Of a DNA stretch of 34,128 bases, positions 24,488-34,128 are shown piece by piece (the stretch's first letter is position 1; each line of letters begins with the position of its first letter). The notes under the pieces were generated by a model. The model was not told the origin of the DNA and ran no database searches. It was given only the letters and a program-made list of their open reading frames with translations. Made by a program: the position numbers and the translations under genes. The stretch lies in contig NC_068994.1 of the NCBI RefSeq assembly GCF_001194135.2, positions 53,942,862 to 53,976,989 of the forward strand, read 5' to 3'. This stretch comes from Octopus bimaculoides. Taxonomy: Eukaryota.

Positions 24488-24705
24488 TTGGTTTCAAATT
24501 TTCATACAAGGCTACCAATTTCCGTGGAGGTGGGGGTGAATCGATTGCATCAACCCCAGTGCCCAACTGGTACTTTATTTTATTGACCCTGAAAGGATGA
24601 AAGGCAAAGTTCACCTTGGCAGAATTCGAACTTGGAATGTAAAGACAAATGAAATGCCACTTAGCATTTTGCCCTGTGTGCAAATGATTCTGCCAGCTTG
24701 CCACC
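24488..24705 (-). mobile_element. SINE family B copy
   Basis: Full-length match to 5300-5495. Confidence 0.8.
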
Positions 24706-24710
24706 TATAG

Positions 24711-24785
<75 letters not shown>

Positions 24786-25229
24786 NNNNNNNNNNNNNNN
24801 NNNNNNNNNNNNNNNNNNNNNNNNNNNNNNNNNNNNNNNNNNNNNNNNNNNNNNNNNNNNNNNNNNNNNNNNNNNNNNNNNNNNNNNNNNNNNNNNNNNN
24901 NNNNNNNNNNNNNNNNNNNNNNNNNNNNNNNNNNNNNNNNNNNNNNNNNNNNNNNNNNNNNNNNNNNNNNNNNNNNNNNNNNNNNNNNNNNNNNNNNNNN
25001 NNNNNNNNNNNNNNNNNNNNNNNNNNNNNNNNNNNNNNNNNNNNNNNNNNNNNNNNNNNNNNNNNNNNNNNNNNNNNNNNNNNNNNNNNNNNNNNNNNNN
25101 NNNNNNNNNNNNNNNNNNNNNNNNNNNNNNNNNNNNNNNNNNNNNNNNNNNNNNNNNNNNNNNNNNNNNNNNNNNNNNNNNNNNNNNNNNNNNNNNNNNN
25201 NNNNNNNNNNNNNNNNNNNNNNNNNNNNN

Positions 25230-25261
<32 letters not shown>

Positions 25262-25267
25262 CATTAT

Positions 25268-25611
25268 TACCTCTGCCTTAGCAAAGGCGGAGGTATTGTT
25301 TGTTTGTTTGTCTCATGAACCGCTGGATAGATTCAGATGAAACTTTCAGGGATGTTTGACCTCATGACTGACACGAACTGATTAGATTTGGGGACTGATC
25401 TGGTACCGGACAAGGATTCTGGATTCTTTTTCCTGTTTTTTTTTTTTAACTTAATTCTTGAGAGCACTCGGGTTCATTTTTAGTATTCTCATTTGCGAGA
25501 CCAGTCGAGTTTATTTCAGATATTCTCATTTTAAAAATCATCACCAGCTAGCCATTGAGAGGATGTTGGTGTCGCTTTGGCAGAGGTTTGCATTCTCTGA
25601 ATGCCCTTGTT
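25268..25611 (+). mobile_element. Helentron-associated non-autonomous element (HINE-like)
   Basis: 5' hairpin cctctgcctt-agca-aaggcggagg (25270-25293). 3' sub-terminal inverted repeat ggcagagg (25579-25586) is the exact complement of 25270-25277, followed by the terminal hairpin gcattc-tct-gaatgc (25590-25604). Flanks are T-rich. Confidence 0.65.
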
Positions 25612-25636
25612 ATTGTTGTTGTTGTTGTTGTTTTTT

Positions 25637-25840
25637 GACAGAATCGTTAGCATGCCAGGCAAAATGCTTAGCGGCATTTCGTCTGTCTTTTTGTTCTGAG
25701 TTCAAATTCTGCTGAGGTCAACTTTGCTTTCCATCTTTTCGGGGTCAATAAATCAAGTACCACTTATGAATTGGGGTCAATCTAATCGACTGGCCCTTCC
25801 CCCAAAAATTTCAGGCCTTGTGCCTATAGCAGAAGGGATC
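25637..25840 (+). mobile_element. SINE family B copy, inverted relative to 24488-24705
   Basis: gacagaatcgttagcatgccaggcaaaatgcttagcggcatttcgtctg...gttctgagttcaaattc (B-box-like). Confidence 0.8.
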
Positions 25841-26059
25841 ATCATCATCATCATCACCATCACCATCACCATCACCATCATCATTTTGTCATGGCTGTTG
25901 TTTTCTGCTGCTGCAGTCCATTCAAGAGGATTCATATAATATGGCATGTATCCACAAGTAACCTTTCAGACCCTTGTGTAAGGCTAGAATGACTTTGATC
26001 ATGGGCTGCTCTTCCAGGATTGATCTTGGGCTAAACAACAAATTAAGCAGTGCACGCAC

Positions 26060-26116
<57 letters not shown>

Positions 26117-27074
26117 TATACATTGATATATTATACACATGCACACACATTCACACAATGATTATTCTGCCCGTCACGACAAGAGTTCGAATGTTACACT
26201 TTCAAAGGGAAGTAACTTCCACTTGACTGCCATTGTTATTCTTATCTGTTGTAATCAGTCAGTCAGGCAAACATTAAGATACTCAATGGGGAGGAAGAGT
26301 TAATCAGATTAGAAATGTAAGTTGAAGGAAGAGACACTGATCAGAGAAAGGAGGAAATAAAACATCGATGAAATAAAAGGCTGTTCTGAAAAACATTGCA
26401 TTCTGTGAGGTTTATGACAAAATACTTTATTCAGTAAAGTTCCAGGATAAACAGCAGAATTTAAAAAATTTTCTTGACTGGTCTTCAAATAGTTTTGGTT
26501 TAATTTAATATCAGCTTTTTATTATTTTTCATTAACCCCGATCCATTGTCTAGCTCATCTTTAGTATCATTCTGTTTGTCATGGCATTTGAGTGTTATGA
26601 TTTAAACAAGCTTCACTATGGAACAAAACTGAAGACAATCGAAAATTTTATAAGATAAGGAAACAAGTTTGAGTGTTTTACACTTATAGTAATAATGAGT
26701 TTGTTGTATACAGTTCCCAGATACACTACAACCTGTCGGAAAAGGGTAAAAGAGGGGACATAAAACTGCAATAAGTCAAGTAAAGAAAGACAGTAATGTA
26801 AGCCCAAAGTACATGAAGAGGACACAGAAAAGTGAACAGTAAAAGAGCCATAACGATGAGGAAAGGCTATATGGAGATGTCAGAGGTAGATTGGTAAATT
26901 TGGGGAAGCATGGAATCTTTTAAGGATGTCGTGCTCTGTTGGCTAACAACTGACACAGTTTATTTCATGCTTCCACAATTCTGAGCAAAAGAAAAATGTT
27001 TCTGTAAATCATGGATATTCAGCTGTCTTTTGATTTTATAAGTAATTCCATGGGTGATTGAATGTTTTTGAACT

Positions 27075-27205
27075 CTGCCAAATCCACTCATGGCCCAGGG
27101 CTATAGAAGAAGACACTTTCTCAAAGTGCCATACATTGGGACTGAACGAAAAGCCACATGGTTTAGAAGTAAACTTCTCAACCACACAGCCATGTCTGCA
27201 CCTGT
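27075..27205 (-). mobile_element. SINE family A head/core fragment
   Basis: ccaaatccactca...ggctatagaagaagacact...gggactgaac...accacacagcc. Confidence 0.7.
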
Positions 27206-28049
27206 GTTATAATAATAATAATAATTGACAATATTTATTAGACAACAATAATTTTGATATCACTTTGAACAAAAAACATAGCTGATAATTCTAAATTGAA
27301 GGGAAAAAAATATGTATTGGATGTGATACCAATAAAGTAACAAACCGAAATATATTCAGAAAATTGTCTGAGTTTATGAGGCTATTTGGAGTTTTGTCAA
27401 TGTGATTCTTTTACAAGATATGGCTTATTCCTAGATTAGATGTTAAAAAAAAAAAACAACAAATGTTTGTATTTCATTTTGAAATTGAGAGATTAACAAT
27501 GTTGATCTGTTTGCTGGAATCTTGCTTTTAAGCTAACAAGTTTCTCATTGAGGTACTGGTGATGTCGGATTTTATCTCCTGTTTAGTATTATGAATAATT
27601 ATCATCTAATTTTCTTTCTTGTTATTCCTGGTTTTCAATTTCCACTATCATACCTTATCTTGCATATTTAGAACACAATTTAAACAGCACAGTTATTGTT
27701 ATTGATGTATGGTAGCACCTAATAGCCTTGACTGATCAAGCATATGGCATGTGTGTGAGTGTGTCTGTGCATATGACTGGATGCTTGTGAGTGGTTTTAA
27801 TACACTTCACAGCTTGTTGTTCACTAAATTTCTTTCTAGCATCAACTCAAATTTCTTATGAGATTGTATGACTTCTGATTAACTCCCATTTCTGACATCA
27901 TTTACTGACAAATTTCTCTATAGTTTTATATATTATTTCAAAACTGTAAAGTCTTGGCACTGAAAATTCATCAATCAAAGTGTCTTAGAGAGACAACAGC
28001 ACTTGTGTGGACTTATGATGCAAATGACTAATGAATGGTGGCTTAAAAA

Positions 28050-28281
28050 CAGTGGTTCTCAACCAGGATCCATGTGGCCCTTGGAGGTCTGTAAAAGATT
28101 CTGCTGTTATGTTTCTACAATTCACAGACTATTTTAACAATTTTTTTTAATACAATTCCTAATTATGCTTAATTATAGAAATACTCTAGGACTTTTAAAA
28201 CATAGAATGGTTAGAAGGATACATTTGCATAAAACAGGAATCAAAGGGGCCCATTGGCAAAAAAATAGTTAAGAACCACTG
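28050..28281. mobile_element. hAT (Charlie/MER5-like) MITE, 232 bp
   Basis: TIRs CAGTGGTTCTCAACC ... AGTTAAGAACCACTG (13 of 15). Degenerate 8-bp TSD cttaaaaa (28042-28049) / ctacaaaa (28282-28289). Confidence 0.8.
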
Positions 28282-29316
28282 CTACAAAAGGACCACGTGC
28301 AGTTATAACGAGTATTCAGGGAAGAGGGAGACCAAGGAAAACTGGTGGGCAGGGATGTGGTTTCAAATTGCTAAACCTCACAGCAGAAATACTAACAAAA
28401 TGCTAAAACCAGTGATGAGATGTTTGTTGTCCTCTTTAACAATTATATATATCCACTGCATCAGAAATCTGCAATGGCTCCACAACTACCATCTCAGCTA
28501 TAACCTTGAAGCCCCCTTAGTAATCCATTACAGTACTTACATAACATTCCTAATCGTTTAGATCACTTGTGAACAAATCCCCCCCCCCATATTTTGTGTG
28601 TGTGTATATACATATATATANNNNNNNNNNNNNNNNNNNNNNNNNNNNNNNNNNNNNNNNNNNNNNNNNNNNNNNNNNNNNNNNNNNNNNNNNNNNNNNN
28701 NNNNNNNNNNNNNNNNNNNNNNNNNNNNNNNNNNNNNNNNNNNNNNNNNNNNNNNNNNNNNNNNNNNNNNNNNNNNNNNNNNNNNNNNNNNNNNNNNNNN
28801 NNNNNNNNNNNNNNNNNNNNNNNNNNNNNNNNNNNNNNNNNNNNNNNNNNNNNNNNNNNNNNNNNNNNNNNNNNNNNNNNNNNNNNNNNNNNNNNNNNNN
28901 NNNNNNNNNNTATATATATATATATATATATATATATGGTACTGTTACTACATATTTCTTGATCAGAGATTTAAAACTAGTGGTTTTTCTTTTCATGTAT
29001 GCATATAAGTATTTCATTATTCAGTTTTAGTTCAAGATTTCTTACCAATAGAGAAAGAACCAGTTTCTAACCTAGATCCAAGGCTCCTTCATTGGAATTT
29101 CAAGATCAACAACAGGGTGTTTTTGTTTGTTTGTTTGGTTGTATGTATGCATGTATGTATGTATGCATGTATGTTTCAATGCAAACAAACTGTTTACATT
29201 TCATTAACATACTCAATTCATTTTGACTGAATATTTTTTTTATTTATTGTATGTTATTTTTTTTTGTAATATTCTATAGTTTTACTTATTTTTCTTCCTT
29301 TTTTTTATATTTGTAG

Positions 29317-29524
29317 GGTTCAAATGCACACCAGATCTTCTACAATATTGCCCACAGTACTACACCCAAGCTGCACAACAGGACTCCTCCCAGCAGCCAC
29401 TTGACCTCAGCTCTAATGGTTGTAGTCTGGACAATGTGCCCTCTCCAGGCAGTGCTTGGGAATTAGATTTAGTAACCAAACCACATGTCGAATTAAAGAT
29501 ACCACACATTACAATGCAGGCAGG
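29317..29524 (+). CDS. LCORL/Eip93F: Penultimate coding exon (208 nt) containing the PLDLS CtBP-binding motif
   Basis: Long polypyrimidine tract plus ttgtag acceptor (29311-29316) and gtaagc donor at 29525. Translation is FKCTPDLLQYCPQYYTQAAQQDSSQQPLDLSSNGCSLDNVPSPGSAWELDLVTKPHVELKIPHITMQAG. It ends with two bases (gg) that complete a Gly codon with 30224, in frame with the terminal exon. PLDLS is at 29397-29411. Confidence 0.92.
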
Positions 29525-29904
29525 GTAAGCAATATATTTTAAAATATTATAAAAACTATTACTTTTATAACTACTGGAGCATCGGATCAAATACCTCATG
29601 GCAGTTGGTTACATTTTATGTCCTGAGTTCAAATCCTACCCAGGTATATTTTGATTTCACCCTTCTGATCGGTGCTTTTATGCACCACACATCCATATGA
29701 GAGGTTCTCTCATTGTAAATAAGACAGTATTCTGTGTTCTAACACAACATCCACTTTTAAGTGGGAGATAAATATTACATATTGCTATTAATACTACCTC
29801 TGTTACTATTAACCATTCCTTTATAATCCCACTGGCCATTTGGGATACCATTGTCTGAATAAATGCTGATTTTATATATCACTGATGGGGGGAATCAGCT
29901 ACTA

Positions 29905-30140
29905 TGAGTGGACTTGGTAGATGGAAACTGAAAGAAGCCTGCCATATGTGTGTGTCTGTCTGTGTCTGTTTGTCCCCCAACACCACTTGACAACTTGTGT
30001 TGCAGCTCAGCAAAAGAGACCAATAGAATAAGTACCAGGCTTTAAAAAAAATAAGTATGGGGGTCGATTCATTTGACTAAAATTCTTCAAGGCAGTGCCC
30101 CAGCATGGCCACAGTCTAATGGCTGAAACAAATAAAAGAT
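29905..30140 (+). mobile_element. SINE family A 3' part in the last intron
   Basis: gagtggacttggtagatggaaactgaaagaagcc, TG run, then tail ...aaggcagtgccccagcatggccacagtctaatggctgaaac. Confidence 0.8.
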
Positions 30141-30223
30141 GTTAATGGTTTAAAAAGTATTTGGTGTATAATTTCATACCAATTATAGATATTTAAGACG
30201 TCTTGTTTATTCGTTTATTTCAG

Positions 30224-32486
30224 GAAATGCAAAAAGGACAGTCACCTTCAGAATGGAAAGAAAGGTTATACTGAAGAGGAATTGGTGAACGCAGTCTTTG
30301 AAATCCGCAGTGGAAAACTTGGTACACGCAGAGCTGCTGTGCTCTATGGCATTCCGCGTTCAACGCTTCGTAATAAAATTTTCAAAATGGAAACAGAACA
30401 ACAGCAAAAACAACAACAGCAACAACAACAACAACAACAGCAGCAGCAGCAACAACAACAATCAGGTGTACTAAACATGGAACTTGATTGCAGTGAAGAT
30501 AGTCAGCATTCTGAGAATGCAAATAATAACAATAACAATAATAATAATCATAATCATAATAACAATAATAATAATAACAATAATAGTAATAATAACAGTG
30601 TGCAACGTATGTCAACATCATCATCAGCAGCGACCATAGCAGCAACTCCCATTCCAACAGATTCCAACCGTTTGTCTCCTTACAGTTTGTTGCTCCCTCC
30701 TGTGGTGATGAACAGCCTTTCGAATTCGCGTGACTTTCTGCTACACTCCGAAGATGACTGGGAAAAGAAACTTGATCAGATCCGACGTAAGCACAATCTT
30801 AACGGCGCCTCAGCGGACGTAAAATACGAGAAACTGCCTTCTCTAGTTGGTACCACAAATAATCATATTAATAACATTAACCCTAATACTACTACTAATA
30901 TTACTACTACTACTACTCCTCCGACTACTACTGCTACTAATAATAATAATAGTAATAGTAGTAATAATAATAATAATAATAATACCAATAATAATAGTGC
31001 ACTGAACACTGATTTCAAATTGCCTCTGTTGCATGAACTGGTGCGTAAAATGACCGAGCAACGCCTCCTAAGTGAGCAAAAATCCTCAAACACAAAGTCA
31101 CCAGTTGCCTTAGAAATTCTTCGTCAACCGCACGAGGCAAACCGCCATCATCAGCGACAGCAGCGACAACAGCAGTCGATGAGTAACTGCTCCAGCACCC
31201 AAACTGTGGAACCGAATCCCAATTACAGACTTATGTCCTTGAAAATTCCGTCCTACCGGCCTGCAAAAACACAAAACAACAATAACAATAACCATAACAG
31301 TAACAACAACAACAACAACAGCAGCAGCAACACAGACAGTACTGGTGGAGTTGAGGAACGGCCTTATGACAGCATGAAGATCGGCGATGCCCTCAAAGAC
31401 ATCATTGTGAAGACTATTTCAGAAAAGGTTTACAAGCGTAAGCATCAAGGGGATAGCTTCAGCAGCACACAGGATGAGAACCATCCTGGTAACAACAACA
31501 GCAACAACAATAACAGTAACTGCAAGACGTATTCTTCATCAGGATCCAATGTTTCTTCTATGGTAGCCAGCAAGAAAATGAAGAGATCTGTGAGCCTAGA
31601 TAAAAAAGCAACAGAAAGTGCTATTGACAATTCCAAACCTGTGAAAAAGACCCGCCCCAAGCGTGGCCAATATCGCAAATACAACAGTCAACTGTTAATG
31701 GAAGCCGTACGTGCTGTTCAGCGTGGAGAAATGAGTGTGCATCGTGCAGGCAGCTACTATGGGGTGCCACACTCTACATTGGAGTATAAGGTGAAGGAGA
31801 GGCATCTACTGCGACAGAAGAAAATCAAAGAATCTCAATTACAAAACGAAGCTAACAACAACAACAACAACAGCAACAACAACAGCAACAACAACAATAA
31901 CAATAATAGCAACAGCAACAACAGTAATAATAATAATAACAATATTGTCATCAACAACAACACATCCTCTGAGGACTCAAGCATCAAAAATCCCATATCT
32001 GTTGGCTCCGGGGTTAGCACAGCAGTTGGTGCAGGTAGCAGTGGGGTTGGCTCCACTGTTGCAGGTTCTGCTAGCAGTACCAATACTGGTGGCAGCAGCA
32101 GCAGCAGCAGCAGCAGTGGCGTCCCCAAAAACAACATCATCTCCAACAGTAGCAACAATTCTATAAAAACTGAAAAATCCAACAGTAACAGCAGCAGTGG
32201 CAGTAATTCTAAGAATAATGGTAAAAACGACAGCAAACCACTGAATTCGGTTTGGCTGCAACAATATGGCAATGGACTGCCTCCTCAATACGATGCATCT
32301 GGTATGAATCTTTTTAGCAGTAGCTTTGCTCTGAGCACACCAGCCTCAGAACTCCTGCGCAAACTGCAGCATAAAGTGCAGAGCAAATCTAATACATTTG
32401 CTCAAGATGCTAACTTCCTTGCTGGAGCCCTGCACAGACCGAATGGGATGAATTCATTAGGGAGCAGTTTTTTGTTTATTAATTGA
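30224..32486 (+). CDS. LCORL/Eip93F: Terminal coding exon of an E93/Mblk-1/LCOR-family transcription factor with two pipsqueak-type HTH domains
   Basis: Acceptor tttatttcag at 30214-30223. The frame is open from 30225 (KCKKDSHLQNGKKGYTEEELVNAV...) to TGA at 32484-32486, so the ORF-track start at 30282 (TTG) is not the real start. HTH1 is KKGYTEEELVNAVFEIRSGKLGTRRAAVLYGIPRSTLRNKIFK (30258-30386). HTH2 is RGQYRKYNSQLLMEAVRAVQRGEMSVHRAGSYYGVPHSTLEYKVKERH (31662-31805), which matches the E93/LCoR signature. Confidence 0.96.
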
Positions 32487-32660
32487 AACCTCGAAGGGGT
32501 GGTACATAGGTGAAGAATCCGACAAAAAAAAAAAATGAAATAAAAATGATATAATATTAAAACTAAATTAAAATTAATTTAAATTAAAACAAAATATAAA
32601 AAAAAAAACAGCAATTATTTATTTCAAATAATAATTTAATAAAATATTCAACAAATAAAA
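32487..32660 (+). promoter_or_regulatory. Start of the 3' UTR with candidate AATAAA signals
   Basis: Follows the stop codon. AATAAA occurs at 32539-32544 and 32654-32659, but the region is very A-rich, so these may be chance. The UTR could be much longer. Confidence 0.35.
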
Positions 32661-34005
32661 AGAAAATATTGAGGAAAAAACCGTAAAAGAAAAAGAAAAA
32701 AAGCTTTGAACTTTCATAAGGAAATCGGCAATGACTTAAAATGTCGAGTTATTGCTGCCTGAAAAGCAAAAATAAGAGAGAAAAAAGGGGTCTTTCTTTA
32801 CCATCTGTCTTTACTTCATATATGCCATGTGTTTGTGTGCATGGCTGAGCAGTGTGTATGCAGCATGTGTTAGTGGCTGTTCCTACCAAGAACGGTCAAA
32901 TCTACTTGGAATTGTTTTGGCACCAGTCACACTCCAGCTGGTCACAAAATCGATATATATATATATAATTTTNNNNNNNNNNNNNNNNNNNNNNNNNNNN
33001 NNNNNNNNNNNNNNNNNNNNNNNNNNNNNNNNNNNNNNNNNNNNNNNNNNNNNNNNNNNNNNNNNNTAATGGTCGGCATCTTTTTTTTGCAACATATAAA
33101 CCAGTGTTGAGGAAGGAAAAAAAATGCTAGTCTGGAAAAAAAAAAAAAAATGCTCAACAAAACTGCAGGTTGACTTTTGAAAGCCAAAGCAATGATGTAA
33201 AATTGAAAACAAAATTATGTGGAAAAAAAAATGAAAAAAAATAATAATCCCTCAAAAAAATATAACTAAAAAAATATTTATTTTTTATATGTCAGCACCA
33301 AGTTGTATTGATTGATGTCAGTAAAAATAGTTCCTTTTGGTATTCTAGCCACCCCAAAACAAAATAAATAAATATAACATTTAAGATATGATGACATGGT
33401 TTAGCTTGGATGAGAAAAAATTTATGAGTCTAATTCATTACTTTCTACAGAGCTATGCTAATTAATCATGTACCATCATAATTATTATATCCAGCTGTAT
33501 GTTTTGTCAAAGCTCAGGTGACCAGAGCCATCAAATGTTGGCTCTTTACAACAACTAAAAATATATCTTACACTCTGCCTCTGGAACTTGCCAATCTAAA
33601 CGTGGCATGACGTATTTAAAACTTGCAGGTTTTGGTTGGATTTCACAACAATAGTGCTGTGTAAAAAGAAAAAAAAAATATGTGCATTAATGAATATATT
33701 ATATACTAAACATATATATATATAAATATAAATATTAAAACAGAGAAGATAATCTAAATGGAACTGTTTGGTAAAAGCATTGCCCTCGCTGATGAGTGGG
33801 GAAAGAGCTTCATAGTGGCAACATTGGTAACATTCTGAACTTAATTTCATGATAAAGTCTGGCATCATTATTGCAATTACTTGATTTGGCATCATTTTTT
33901 TTTTTTTGCACCAACGCTACAAGACAAGACATTAATGATGCTTTTGATAGTCACAAGTCACAGTTGCATTTGTGTTTCAATCAACATCATACATCACACA
34001 AAGAT

Positions 34006-34040
<35 letters not shown>

Positions 34041-34128
34041 GAAATAAAACCCTCAAACTATATAAATACTCTTACACACACACACAATATACATATATAT
34101 ATGTGCACATAAATATATATATATATAT

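Noticed and set aside
112-29030. Most short ORF-track entries ([12 protein letters not shown], poly-I, poly-X)
   Set aside because: They are translations of microsatellites or N-gaps.
30382-32288. Six minus-strand ORFs and one alternate-frame plus ORF overlapping the terminal exon
   Set aside because: They are shadows of trinucleotide-repeat codons (poly-L/Y/V), with no domain content.
32487-34128. let-7 seed site in the 3' region (heterochronic-pathway hypothesis)
   Set aside because: I found no CTACCTC match by eye; the gap at 32973-33066 is unread.

Overview
AT-rich, microsatellite- and repeat-dense eukaryotic DNA with eight N-gaps. The repeat families and long AAT/AAC/CAA codon runs suggest an octopus or other coleoid cephalopod (inference). 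The window holds the middle and 3' part of one plus-strand gene, an E93/Mblk-1/LCOR(L)-family pipsqueak-HTH transcription factor. I can see four coding exons: 12029-12097, 24045-24087, 29317-29524 (PLDLS CtBP-binding motif) and a terminal exon 30224-32486 (two Psq HTH domains, long polyQ/polyN tracts). Reading-frame logic requires at least one further exon between 12098 and 24044, which I cannot see and which may lie in a gap. I did not find the first coding exon. The rest is tRNA-derived SINEs, RTE-LINE remnants, DNA-transposon MITEs (hAT, mariner, piggyBac-like, Helentron-like) and simple repeats. The most unusual observation is two sense-strand intronic motifs resembling the minimal hammerhead ribozymes of Penelope-like elements, with covarying stem II. 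Nearly all other entries in the ORF track are microsatellite, gap or antisense artefacts. Repeat family names come from recalled consensus features, not database searches, and repeat boundaries are approximate.
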